A DNA stretch of 64,000 nucleotides from Clostridia bacterium. Its GTDB lineage: Bacteria; Bacillota; Clostridia; Christensenellales; Borkfalkiaceae. Each line of letters starts with the position of its first letter. The stretch's first letter is position 1. The notes under the pieces are model-generated. The model saw nothing but the letters and a program-made list of their open reading frames with translations, searched no databases and had not been told where the DNA came from. Position numbers and translations under genes: made by a program. Location of the stretch: assembly GCA_029059705.1 (NCBI GenBank), contig JAIDVM010000041.1, positions 26,754 to 90,753 on the forward strand, given 5' to 3'. Below are positions 37,203 to 46,185 of the stretch, piece after piece.

Positions 37203-38327
37203 TTATATTGAATTGATAATTCTTCTTAAATTATCTTCAAACCCTTTTTGTGTAAATAATATTTCAACTCTGCTTTTTGCCGCGTTTCCATACTGCTTGC
37301 GCAACAAACTGTCATCAGCCAGCCGTTTTATCGCTTCTGCATATTTTTCAATGTTCCCGTTTTCGACTTCAAGACCGGTAACTCCGTTTAACGAAACGTA
37401 GTTTACACCGCTTCCTGGTATCGTAAACGTAATAGCAGGTTTACCCAAGCACATAGCTTCTGCAAGAGCAATACCAAACGCCTCGTTTTTAGTAACGGAA
37501 GGAAAGCAAAAAATATCGCAGGAAAGCAAATAGCCTTTTAGATCATTCTCATTCAGTTTACCTAAAAAGCATATTTTATCGTCATTCTTTGCTAATTCTT
37601 TTAATGATTCAGTTAAAGGTCCTTCACCACCAATAAATATTTTGATATTGTCATCTAAATATCGACCCGCTCTGACAAGATATTCCATACCTTTGTATTG
37701 AACATGTCTGCCTACCGCAAAGCAAATTGTTTTATCTATATTTTTTTCTCTGATATTTTCGGATAATGCAATATCAGCATCAGACACGCTTAACCTTTCG
37801 GCATTAACGCAGCAGGAAAGCACCTCGCACTTTTCTTTGTATTCCCTCAAAAACTTACTGCCGTCAATGTAATTAGGACTTGTCGCCAATATTTTTGTTG
37901 CCCTTTTAATAAGTCTTTTAGTTTGTCCGTTAAATAATTTCCCAAGAATTTTCTGTTTAACTATATCCAAATGCCAATACAAAACCAACTTACAGTCTGG
38001 GTATCGTTTTAAAATCTTAAGCAAATAATGCGCGGCAAATGGGTTGGGGTAATGAAAAATAACAATATCGGGGTTGTAATTTTTAAATATTTTTTTCAAA
38101 TTTTTGCAATATGAAAAAGACAATGATTGTGAAGCAATCTTTGCATAACATCCTGCCCTTACTACTTCTATACCGTCTATTTCATACGCATCATCACCTT
38201 TTTCGTGATTAAAACAAAAAACCTTAACATCATGCAAATTTTTTAATGAATCGCTGCAATCCTTTGCGACTTGTTCAACCCCTCCTATAAAGGGGCTGTA
38301 ATACTTTGAAATTTGTAAAATTTTCAT
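37203..38327 (-). CDS. Family 4 (GT-B) glycosyltransferase
   Basis: EX7E-type region NEAFGIALAEAMCLGKP. First gene of the AT-rich operon. Confidence 0.85.
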   Translation of the reverse strand: MKILQISKYYSPFIGGVEQVAKDCSDSLKNLHDVKVFCFNHEKGDDAYEIDGIEVVRAGCYAKIASQSLSFSYCKNLKKIFKNYNPDIVIFHYPNPFAAHYLLKILKRYPDCKLVLYWHLDIVKQKILGKLFNGQTKRLIKRATKILATSPNYIDGSKFLREYKEKCEVLSCCVNAERLSVSDADIALSENIREKNIDKTICFAVGRHVQYKGMEYLVRAGRYLDDNIKIFIGGEGPLTESLKELAKNDDKICFLGKLNENDLKGYLLSCDIFCFPSVTKNEAFGIALAEAMCLGKPAITFTIPGSGVNYVSLNGVTGLEVENGNIEKYAEAIKRLADDSLLRKQYGNAAKSRVEILFTQKGFEDNLRRIINSI

Positions 38328-38687
38328 TATTTAACATCCTTCCCCCGCTTTTGTTTCATTTGCGGTTACCGTACTTTTTCATAATAATTTTTGATTTACA
38401 AAAAAGATATGTTTCCACTATCCATTATTTTCATTGTTGAAATATCACACACCTCAGTTAGCTTATTTAAACAAACCATATGTTAATCGGAATATTTTTT
38501 AACACACGTAAAAAAAATTACCGTCTATAAAATCTGCGTCACCAATTACAATTATCGTCATCGTTTACTTAATATCCCAAACATTCAACCTTTGTCAGCT
38601 AACACCTTTCATTTTAATTTCCTCAACAAAATGTGTTAAATTTACACCAAAATATGCAAAATCCGACATATATTGATTATATTATAG

Positions 38688-38716
38688 ATTATAATATATC
38701 TTTGATAAAATTGCAA
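38688..38716 (-). promoter_or_regulatory. Candidate sigma-A promoter of the glycan operon, giving a ~355-nt leader
   Basis: Minus strand reads TTGCAA, 17 nt, TATAAT. A second TATAAT lies 7 nt downstream. Confidence 0.45.
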
Positions 38717-38749
38717 GAAAATTGATAATAATACGTTAAAAATTTGGCC

Positions 38750-38790
38750 TCGTTCAAAAGGCGGCGGGAAACACGTTTCCCGCCGCCTTA
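38750..38790 (-). terminator. Terminator of the spoVA operon
   Basis: AAGGCGGCGGGAAAC / GTTTCCCGCCGCCTT 15-bp stem followed by CTTTTG on the minus strand. Confidence 0.75.
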
Positions 38791-38807
38791 TCATTGATTT
38801 ATTGCCC

Positions 38808-39191
38808 TTAACTGCGCTTAGTGCGCGATTTGAAAAGAAGCGCCATAATAAAGGCGAATACCACGGCCGCGGTTACCCCCGCGCTTGCCGCCGAAAGGCT
38901 GCCCGTTATTGCCGAAAAGAAGCCCTTTTCCGCTCCCTTTATCGCTCCCTGCGCAAGCAGATAACCGAAACCGGAAATGGGAACGGTTGCACCCGCGCCG
39001 GCAAACTCGACGAGAGGCTGATATACGCCTATCGCCGTGAGCACAACGCCCGCAAGCATAAAATAAACAAGAATTTTACCCGCAGTTAAATCAGTTACGT
39101 TTATTATTATCTGCGCAATCAGGCATATTCCTCCGCCGACTGCAAAAGCTTTTAAATACTGCAATAAAATATCGACAAGTTCAGCGTTCAT
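38808..39191 (-). CDS. spoVAE: Stage V sporulation protein AE (SpoVAEb-type)
   Basis: SpoVAC/SpoVAEB family membrane protein (AFAVGGGICLIAQ...). Third gene of the C-D-E trio. Confidence 0.85.
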   Translation of the reverse strand: MNAELVDILLQYLKAFAVGGGICLIAQIIINVTDLTAGKILVYFMLAGVVLTAIGVYQPLVEFAGAGATVPISGFGYLLAQGAIKGAEKGFFSAITGSLSAASAGVTAAVVFAFIMALLFKSRTKRS

Positions 39192-40187
39192 TTAAACCTC
39201 CAGCTGCACCGCGTGCGAAATGCACGGTATACTTTCGCCCTGCTGCGACGAAACGGTTGAAAGCAGCGCGCCCGTTGCCGCGAACAGCACGCGTTTGTAA
39301 AGTCCCGCGTTCATTTTGGTAAAGACGTAAGAATTGAGAATAGTTGCCGAACAGCCCGCACCGCTGCCGCCCTGAAACTCTTTTTCTATTACCTTGTAAA
39401 CCATTTCGCCGCAATCCACGTGTTTTTCGGAAATATCAAAGCCCTTTTCCCAGGTTAAATCCTTTAATATTCTGCTGCCGAGCGCACCCAAATCGCCCGT
39501 TAATATCATGTCGTAATCGGTTGCGTCGGTGCCCGTATCCTTAAAGTGCTGCATTATGGTGTCCGCCGCGGCGGGCGCCATTGCCGCCCCCATATTGTTT
39601 ACGTCGGTTACGCCGAAATCGCACACCTTGCCCATAGTACCGTTTACTACCTTTATGCCGTTGCCCTTATTGCAGATTACGCAGCCGCCCGCGCCCGTAA
39701 CCGTCCATTGCGCTTGCGGGGGACGGGTGCAGCCGAGTTCGAGCGGATAGCGGTATTGCCTTTCCGCCGAAGCGAAGTGACTGCCGGTTGCCGCAACGGC
39801 GCGTTTGATATAACCCGCGTTTACGAGCATTGCGGAAAGCAATATCGTTTCGCTCATGGTAGAGCACGCCGAGTACACGCCGAGAAAGGGAAAATTGAAG
39901 TCCCTTGCGGCGAAGCTGGCGGATATTATCTGGTTTAAGAGGTCGCCCGACATTAAAACGTCGATATCCTTTTCCTCTAAACCGCCCTTTTCGATTGCGA
40001 GCGCGATTGCCGAAGAGAGCATTTTGCACTCCGCCTTTTCGTAAGTGCTTTCGCCGAACATGTCGTCCTGCAAGGTTATGTCGGCGAACTCGCCCAAAAC
40101 GCCCTCGCTTTCCTTACTTCCGCAAACCGCGGCAAAGGAAGTTATTACGGGCGGATTTTTAAAAAATACCGTATTGCCTTTTTTCAT
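39192..40187 (-). CDS. spoVAD: Stage V sporulation protein AD
   Basis: Thiolase-fold-like 331-aa protein located between spoVAC and spoVAE. Confidence 0.88.
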   Translation of the reverse strand: MKKGNTVFFKNPPVITSFAAVCGSKESEGVLGEFADITLQDDMFGESTYEKAECKMLSSAIALAIEKGGLEEKDIDVLMSGDLLNQIISASFAARDFNFPFLGVYSACSTMSETILLSAMLVNAGYIKRAVAATGSHFASAERQYRYPLELGCTRPPQAQWTVTGAGGCVICNKGNGIKVVNGTMGKVCDFGVTDVNNMGAAMAPAAADTIMQHFKDTGTDATDYDMILTGDLGALGSRILKDLTWEKGFDISEKHVDCGEMVYKVIEKEFQGGSGAGCSATILNSYVFTKMNAGLYKRVLFAATGALLSTVSSQQGESIPCISHAVQLEV

Positions 40188-40637
40188 TCAGATAAACAGA
40201 TATACAAGCCCGACAAGCACGCCCGAGAACACGCCGAAGACGATTATCGCGCCCGCGACGGTAAACATTTTTGCCGCCATGCCGTATATCCAACCCTCCG
40301 TTTTAAATTCCACCGCGGGCGAAGTTACGCTGTTTGCAAAGCCCGTTATGGGCACGATTGAGCCCGCGCCCGCATATCTGCCTATTCTGTCGTAAACCCC
40401 CAGCCCCGTTAAAAAACAGCCGAGGAATATAAGCACGATTGAAGTTAAGCCCGCAAGCTCGTCGCCCGAAAAACCCGCAAACTCGAAAGAATATCTTATA
40501 AACTGACCTATGCAGCAGATAAGTCCGCCGACGCCGAACGCCGCCGCGCAGTTTTTTAAGTGCTGGGTGGGCGGGTCCTGGGTTTTTACGTAATTCAGAT
40601 AATTTTCGTTGTAGTTATCGCGGCTCTTTCCTGTCAT
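40188..40637 (-). CDS. spoVAC: Stage V sporulation protein AC
   Basis: SpoVAC/SpoVAEB family (AAFGVGGLICCIGQ...); 149 aa. Confidence 0.88.
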   Translation of the reverse strand: MTGKSRDNYNENYLNYVKTQDPPTQHLKNCAAAFGVGGLICCIGQFIRYSFEFAGFSGDELAGLTSIVLIFLGCFLTGLGVYDRIGRYAGAGSIVPITGFANSVTSPAVEFKTEGWIYGMAAKMFTVAGAIIVFGVFSGVLVGLVYLFI

Positions 40638-40712
40638 TTTTAACTGCGCCCTCCTTTGAAGTTTTTATTAAGCTCTCCCTTTCGTCCCTGCGTGAAAAAT
40701 CAAAATCGCGCT

Positions 40713-41513
40713 TCATTGGTTATACATCCTCTCGTTGATTTTAAGCGTAAGTTTTTCGGGCATAATGCGCGTAAACGCACGATATACCGCGTTCTTTACA
40801 CCGCACGACTTAATGACGGGCGGGTTTTCTTCCACGAGAACGTTGTAAATTATTTCCGCAACAGCCTCGGGCGACATACCGCTTTGCTCCATGTTGGCAA
40901 GCGCGGCAACGGCCTTGTTTACACTACCCGCATATGCTCTGTTTTCGTCCGTCGTGTACACTTTACGCTTAAAGCTGAACCCCGTTGCCGTGCCGCCGGG
41001 GAGCACGCCCGTAACTTTTATGCCGTAAGGCTTTAACTCGGAATACGCCGCGCGGCAAAGCATTTCGAGCGCGGCTTTCGAGGACGAATAAAAGCTGTCG
41101 AACATGATGGGTAAATCGCCGCCGAGCGAACCGACTAAAATTATTCTGCCACCCTTTTGCTTCATTTGGGGGATAACCGCCTGCATTGCCCGCAACGCAC
41201 CGAAGAAGTTTACGTCGAACAAATATCTGTAATCCTCTTCCTTTGCGTATTCTATGGGCGCAGCCATAGAAAAACCCGCGCTGTAAATAAGCGCAGATAT
41301 GGGCTTGTCCGCATACTCTTTGATTGCGTCGGTAACTGCAGTTCCCTCGGTCACGTCAGCCTGAATATTTTCAACTTTGTCTATAGTGCACGGCGTGCGC
41401 GATATGTTAATCACGTTCCAGCCGCGGTTTGAAAGCCTTAAACACGTTTCGTAGCCTATGCCCGAGCTTCCGCCGACGACTATCGCCGTCTTTTTTACGC
41501 TGTTCTTTTCCAT
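40713..41513 (-). CDS. SDR family oxidoreductase
   Basis: TAIVVGGSSGIGY cofactor motif and YSSSK catalytic motif. ATG at 41513 is preferred; the longer track ORF runs to within 10 nt of the upstream gene's stop (41616). Confidence 0.85.
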   Translation of the reverse strand: MEKNSVKKTAIVVGGSSGIGYETCLRLSNRGWNVINISRTPCTIDKVENIQADVTEGTAVTDAIKEYADKPISALIYSAGFSMAAPIEYAKEEDYRYLFDVNFFGALRAMQAVIPQMKQKGGRIILVGSLGGDLPIMFDSFYSSSKAALEMLCRAAYSELKPYGIKVTGVLPGGTATGFSFKRKVYTTDENRAYAGSVNKAVAALANMEQSGMSPEAVAEIIYNVLVEENPPVIKSCGVKNAVYRAFTRIMPEKLTLKINERMYNQ

Positions 41514-41615
41514 ACGAATATCTTGCGGAAAAGTTCCAAAATTATGCAAAAAAATTTTGCCGCCGAAGCCAAAAAAACGGCGACGGCGGCGAATATTTGA
41601 TTGCATTAAAAGAAA

Positions 41616-42395
41616 TTACCCGAAAGCTATGTCTAAAATCATCATTAAGGCGAAGCCGAAAATTACGCCTATAGTAGCTTTTATTTTGCCTTGGGCGAAG
41701 CTTTCGGGGATTAATTCCGAGCAGACGACGGCAAGCATTGCGCCCGCCGAAAAGGACAGCGCCCACGGCAGAATACCGTTTACCGCCTGCACGGCGAGCG
41801 CGCCGATTACCCCCGCCACTATTTCAACCGCGCCCGAAAGCTGACCGATTAAAAACGATTTCGTTCTCGAAAACCCGTTTGCGCGCAGAGGAAAGGCAAC
41901 GCACATGCCTTCGGGGAAGTTTTGTATACCTATGCCCACGGCGAGCATAACCGCGGCGACCGCGCCCGCAGTCTGCCCCGAGGCAAGCGCGCCAAAAGCA
42001 ACGCCGACGGCAAGACCTTCGGGAATGTTGTGCATGGTTACCGCAATACACATTACGGCGCAGCTTCGTTTGTTGGCATTGTCGCTGCCCGAAAACAGTT
42101 TGAGTTTGCCTATTAATATGTCAGTTACGATAATAAGCGCGCCGCCAAGGACGAAGCCGCAGGTTAAAATTAAGTAAGAATAGTCGGGCGCCATTTCCAT
42201 GGCGGGCATAAGTAACGAAAAGAACGTTGAAGCGAGCATTATTCCCGCGGCGCTGCTCATCATGAACGAAAACGCCGATTCGCTTACGTTTTTATATATG
42301 AACACGAGCGCGGCACCCGCCGCCGTAAGCGCCCACGTAAACGCGGTTGCCATAAGCGCAAGCTGCCAGCCCGAAAAATTATTAAGCCATTCCAA
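41616..42395 (-). CDS. ZIP family metal transporter
   Basis: HNIPEGLAVG and IQNFPEG motifs. TTG at 42395 sits 8 nt after GGAG and is preferred. TTG at 42419 is an alternative. Confidence 0.85.
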   Translation of the reverse strand: MEWLNNFSGWQLALMATAFTWALTAAGAALVFIYKNVSESAFSFMMSSAAGIMLASTFFSLLMPAMEMAPDYSYLILTCGFVLGGALIIVTDILIGKLKLFSGSDNANKRSCAVMCIAVTMHNIPEGLAVGVAFGALASGQTAGAVAAVMLAVGIGIQNFPEGMCVAFPLRANGFSRTKSFLIGQLSGAVEIVAGVIGALAVQAVNGILPWALSFSAGAMLAVVCSELIPESFAQGKIKATIGVIFGFALMMILDIAFG

Positions 42396-42435
42396 TGTTT
42401 TTTCTCCGTGTAAAATCAATTACTACATTGTATGA

Positions 42436-42473
42436 AATAAAAAGGTCTTCCCGTGTTGTTTCACGGAAAGACC
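42436..42473 (-). terminator. Terminator after the TVP38 gene
   Basis: GGTCTTTCCGTG / CACGGGAAGACC stem plus a T-run on the minus strand. Confidence 0.7.
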
Positions 42474-42496
42474 GATTGTTTTTCAGGCTCTTAAAT

Positions 42497-43459
42497 TTAA
42501 TTTTCGCTTGTTTTATCGTTTTGCTGCGGCTGCGTTTCTTCTTTCGCTTCGTCCGCTGCGGCGGGAATTTCATTCGGTTTCTTTTTTCTTTTTAAAGAGA
42601 ATTTCGAAACGAGCCAGCCTTCGATTTTATCTTGAAATTTAAACCATATTATCGCAACAGAAATGCAAACGACGAAGATTGCCACCCACACCGCTATGCC
42701 CCAAGGCTGGTCGTAAGGGATAGCCGAACCGTAGCAGTAAACGGCAATTACTATGGGACGAACAAGCACTATCACACCGAGAAAGAAAGGGAAATTCATG
42801 CACGTCAAGCCCGCGAGCATGCACAGAATATCGTCGGGGAAGAACGGCAAAATCTGCATCAACACAAAGATTATTTTGCCGCGCTTTGCAAGCATGGGCG
42901 TGTATTTTTCAACCGTTTCTTTGCCGGCAATCCAAACCACGGCGCGGTGTCCGAAATATTTGCCGATTACGTAACAGATTACCGAGCCGACGATTACGCC
43001 CGCCGAGGCGATTAAGGTTGCGTATAAAGGCCCCCAGATTAATGCGCCCGGAAGATAGCAAACGAGCGCGGGAAGCGGCAGAATTACCACCTGCAAAACC
43101 TGCAACAAAAAGTAAACCGCCATGCCCCAGCCGCCCGTTTGTTCGAGCATGATTATTAGAGCGTCTATTTTTTCCTCGTCCGTTTCGTACTGTTCGAGGT
43201 GCCCCACCGCGCTCATTACCGCGATTACGCCTATCAGCACTATAGCGCAAACCATTACGACGAACACGCTCTTTAAAATTGCGTCCTTGCGCGTTAAAAA
43301 CGTGACGAGCCCAACCAAAAACCCGACGCCCGCAACGCCGTAGCACGCAACCTGAACCAAAATGCCCCAGCCGCTCAGACAAAAGCACGTTATAAACAGA
43401 ATTGCAACGCACATAAGCGTGTTTATCAAAAACAGCGCGATTTTTTGCTTGGTTTTCAT
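42497..43459 (-). CDS. TVP38/TMEM64 (DedA-related) family membrane protein
   Basis: SNARE-associated domain pattern (VILPLPALV...GKYFG...FFPDD) with extra N-terminal TMs and a charged C-terminal tail. Confidence 0.7.
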   Translation of the reverse strand: MKTKQKIALFLINTLMCVAILFITCFCLSGWGILVQVACYGVAGVGFLVGLVTFLTRKDAILKSVFVVMVCAIVLIGVIAVMSAVGHLEQYETDEEKIDALIIMLEQTGGWGMAVYFLLQVLQVVILPLPALVCYLPGALIWGPLYATLIASAGVIVGSVICYVIGKYFGHRAVVWIAGKETVEKYTPMLAKRGKIIFVLMQILPFFPDDILCMLAGLTCMNFPFFLGVIVLVRPIVIAVYCYGSAIPYDQPWGIAVWVAIFVVCISVAIIWFKFQDKIEGWLVSKFSLKRKKKPNEIPAAADEAKEETQPQQNDKTSEN

Positions 43460-43469
43460 TGAAAATTCC

Positions 43470-43970
43470 TTATAAGGGCTTAACGCTTAAATTTTTATAC
43501 GTTGTGAATTTAACCGTATAACCGTTTGTTTCCACGGGTTCGCTTTCATATACGCATTTGAAATTTTCGTTTTTATCGAGGTTTTCAAAGAACGCGTCGG
43601 CGCCGCCCACGGCGTCAACCTTGGTAACGAGCACTTCTTCGCAATAGGGCAACAGCGTTTTATACATCATCATGCCGCCTATTACGAAAACCTTGTCGGA
43701 AGGATATTTTTTTATTTCGGCAATCAGCTCTTCGAGCGAGCCTAAAATAACGCAGTCGCCGCGTTTTTCGCCGTCGGGGTAAAGGACGAGATTTATTCTG
43801 TTTTTAAGAGGATTTCCGCCGGGGAAAGATTTTAAGGTGTTGCTGCCCATAACGACGACGTTGCCCGTGGTCGTTTCCCTGAAAAATTTCATGTCGGCGG
43901 GAATGTTAAACATCAGTCCGTTGTTTTTGCCTATTCCCCACTCTTTATCCGCGTGTAAAATTGCTTTCAT
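43470..43970 (-). CDS. folA: Dihydrofolate reductase
   Basis: GIGKNNGL...MGSNT... pattern; directly downstream of thyA. Confidence 0.9.
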   Translation of the reverse strand: MKAILHADKEWGIGKNNGLMFNIPADMKFFRETTTGNVVVMGSNTLKSFPGGNPLKNRINLVLYPDGEKRGDCVILGSLEELIAEIKKYPSDKVFVIGGMMMYKTLLPYCEEVLVTKVDAVGGADAFFENLDKNENFKCVYESEPVETNGYTVKFTTYKNLSVKPL

Positions 43971-44005
43971 TTTTTAATTACCCCCATAATATGCTTTACT
44001 TTTGC

Positions 44006-44836
44006 TTATTCCGCAACGGGAATTTTGTACTTCTTTTCGTTGAATTTATAGTCGACGAGTTTAAAGCTATCCACCGTGAAATCGTAAAAATCCGTTATGC
44101 TTTTATCCACTTCGAGTTTGGGCGCGGCAAGGCGGGGCATATCGATTATTTCCTTTACGATTGGAATATGTCTGTCGTAAATATGCGCGTCGGCGATTAC
44201 GTGCACAAGCTCGCCCGCCTTTAAGCCCGAAACTTGCGCAAACATTATTAAAAGAATTGCATACTGCACTACGTTCCAGTTGTTTGCCGTAAGCATATCA
44301 TTGGAGCGCTGGTTTAAAATTCCGTTTAACGTATCGCCAGAAACGTTGAAGGTCATCGAATACGCGCAAGGATACAGGTTCATTTGGTGCAGGTCGGCAA
44401 AGTTGTAAATGTTTGTCATTATTCTGCGGCTTGCGGGGTTGTGCTTTAAGTCGTATATAACCCTATCAACCTGGTCGAATTCACCCTCTTTATACTTATG
44501 CTTCACGCCGAGCTGATAGCCGTAAGCTTTGCCTATGCTGCCGTTCCCGTCCGCCCACTGGTCCCAGATGTGCGAGTTTAAATCTTTTATATTGTTGCTC
44601 TTTTTTTGCCAAATCCACAACAGCTCGTCCACGCACGACTTAAACGCCGTGCGGCGGATTGTGAGAATTGGAAATTCCTTTTGAAGGTCGTAACGGTTTA
44701 CTATGCCGAATTTTTTAACGGTGTGCGCGGGCGTGCCGTCCTCCCATTTGGGGCGAACCTGCAAGTCGGTATCCCAAACGCCGTTTTCCATAATATCCTT
44801 CATGTTGGCAATAAAAATTTCGTCGGCTCTGCTCAT
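44006..44836 (-). CDS. thyA: Thymidylate synthase
   Basis: ThyA motifs (RRIMTNIYN..., PCAYSMTFNV, QRSNDML). Confidence 0.93.
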   Translation of the reverse strand: MSRADEIFIANMKDIMENGVWDTDLQVRPKWEDGTPAHTVKKFGIVNRYDLQKEFPILTIRRTAFKSCVDELLWIWQKKSNNIKDLNSHIWDQWADGNGSIGKAYGYQLGVKHKYKEGEFDQVDRVIYDLKHNPASRRIMTNIYNFADLHQMNLYPCAYSMTFNVSGDTLNGILNQRSNDMLTANNWNVVQYAILLIMFAQVSGLKAGELVHVIADAHIYDRHIPIVKEIIDMPRLAAPKLEVDKSITDFYDFTVDSFKLVDYKFNEKKYKIPVAE

Positions 44837-44862
44837 AATTATCTCCGCAATTTATTTTTTTC

Positions 44863-44891
44863 ATTATAAGCCAAATAACGCTTTAAGTCAA
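44863..44891 (-). promoter_or_regulatory. Sigma-A promoter of thyA-folA
   Basis: Minus strand reads TTGACT, 17 nt, TATAAT. Confidence 0.6.
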
Positions 44892-44892
44892 T

Positions 44893-44926
44893 AAAAAAAT
44901 CCGCCGAACGGAAAGCCCGCGGCGGA
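44893..44926 (-). terminator. Terminator after the XRE-membrane gene
   Basis: TCCGCCG / CGGCGGA stem followed by T7 on the minus strand. Confidence 0.6.
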
Positions 44927-44942
44927 CAATTTAAATTAAATT

Positions 44943-45737
44943 TTACTCGCCCGTACCCCAGAAGGTGCCTCTGAAAATTTTGGGGGTGCAGAACGGGAAC
45001 ACAAAGCCCGCCATACAGAGCGAAATAACGAACCCGCCTATTACGCAGCCGAGCCAGATGACAACGGTTGCAAGCGGCGCGATTATAAACTTGTAGACGA
45101 TTAAAAACACTATGCCGTCTATATCAAGAGTGAAGATTACGCCCGGAATGTTGATTGATTTAAAGAAACAACCTTCGAGGAAGTCCCACACCACCGTTTC
45201 GTGACCTATGCACGCAATAAAAGAGAACACGAAATACCCGGCAAAAAACGAAACGAGCATTAAAAGGTTTGGCGTCCAACCAAACAAGAAGTTTAACCCG
45301 ATAAATACTCCCAATCCCGCGATAATTGCCATAATCAAGCCGAAAAGCTTCCACGGCGAAACGTGGCGGCTTGCCTTTACGCTTACGGGTTTATCAACCG
45401 CGGTCGCGGGCTGTGCGGGCGTTAAAACGGGCGCGCTTTGCGGCGCGGTATCCATGGCGGGCGCAATTTCTTTGTTTACGGCGGGAATTTGTTCGGTTAC
45501 CGGCTCCGCCGTCGGAGTTGCGGGAAGGGCTTCACCCGAAGCCAGCCTTGTAAACTCGTCGACGGTTATACCGAAAATTTTGCACATTTGCGCAATAGTG
45601 TCGAAATCCGGACGTGATAAATCGTTTTCCCACTTGCTCACCGCCTGATAAGTTACGTTAAGCTCTCTTCCCAAATCGTTTTGCGTAAGCCCTTTTTCTT
45701 TACGCAGCGCGGAAATTATTTTACCGTAGTTTTCCAT
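44943..45737 (-). CDS. XRE-family HTH domain fused to a Pro/Ala-rich linker and a four-TM membrane domain
   Basis: N-terminal HTH_3 (ISALRKEKGLTQNDLGRELNVTYQAVSKWE), a low-complexity linker, then hydrophobic helices. Confidence 0.8.
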   Translation of the reverse strand: MENYGKIISALRKEKGLTQNDLGRELNVTYQAVSKWENDLSRPDFDTIAQMCKIFGITVDEFTRLASGEALPATPTAEPVTEQIPAVNKEIAPAMDTAPQSAPVLTPAQPATAVDKPVSVKASRHVSPWKLFGLIMAIIAGLGVFIGLNFLFGWTPNLLMLVSFFAGYFVFSFIACIGHETVVWDFLEGCFFKSINIPGVIFTLDIDGIVFLIVYKFIIAPLATVVIWLGCVIGGFVISLCMAGFVFPFCTPKIFRGTFWGTGE

Positions 45738-45954
45738 TTATTCTCCTCTGACTAATTTAATTAACTTGCTGCCACAAGCAACGCCTTTATTATATCACAG
45801 AAAATCGATATTCAATAACTTTTAAACTCAACCGTTAGTTGAAAATACGGTAATTTTAGTTGAGTTTGGTTATTTTTGCAAAAAATCAGCCGTAAAAAGG
45901 CGTTTTTGAGGCAATTCGGCTAAAAAATAAAGTTTTTATCGGACAAAAATTTGA

Positions 45955-45983
45955 TTGACGGAAAAATAAAATAAATGTATAAT
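45955..45983 (+). promoter_or_regulatory. Promoter of tRNA-Pro
   Basis: TTGACG, 17 nt, TATAAT; the tRNA starts 12 nt downstream. Confidence 0.65.
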
Positions 45984-45994
45984 AGCCGTGTAAC

Positions 45995-46070
45995 TGAGGC
46001 GTAGCGCAGTTGGTAGCGCGTATGGTTCGGGACCATAAGGTCGTGGGTTCAAATCCCGTCGCCTCAACCA
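45995..46070 (+). tRNA. tRNA-Pro (anticodon CGG), CCA encoded
   Basis: Hand-folded cloverleaf. Acceptor TGAGGCG/CGCCTCA, D arm GCGC-AGTTGGTA-GCGC, anticodon arm TATGG-TTCGGGA-CCATA, T loop TTCAAAT. Confidence 0.85.
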
Positions 46071-46071
46071 A

Positions 46072-46110
46072 AACCGCAGGATTGACTTTTGTTAATCCTG
46101 CGGTTTTTTA
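46072..46110 (+). terminator. Terminator after tRNA-Pro
   Basis: ACCGCAGGATT / AATCCTGCGGT stem followed by T6. Confidence 0.8.
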
Positions 46111-46185
46111 TTTTGACTGCGCTTACCGCAATGAAAAGCTCCCGAACGATTTATCAGAGAGCTTTTGTTATCATTATTTATTCTT

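Noticed and set aside
41513-41606. N-terminal 31-aa extension of the SDR ORF (MQSNIRRRRRFFGFGG...).
   Set aside because: The extension is Arg-rich and has no RBS. It would leave only 9 nt to the upstream ZIP gene's stop. The internal ATG at 41513 directly precedes the Rossmann motif.
45886-46071. 61-aa ORF overlapping tRNA-Pro, and an 82-aa ORF (51252-51500) overlapping tRNA-Leu and the GNAT gene.
   Set aside because: Both are antisense or overlapping to confidently folded tRNAs. No independent support.
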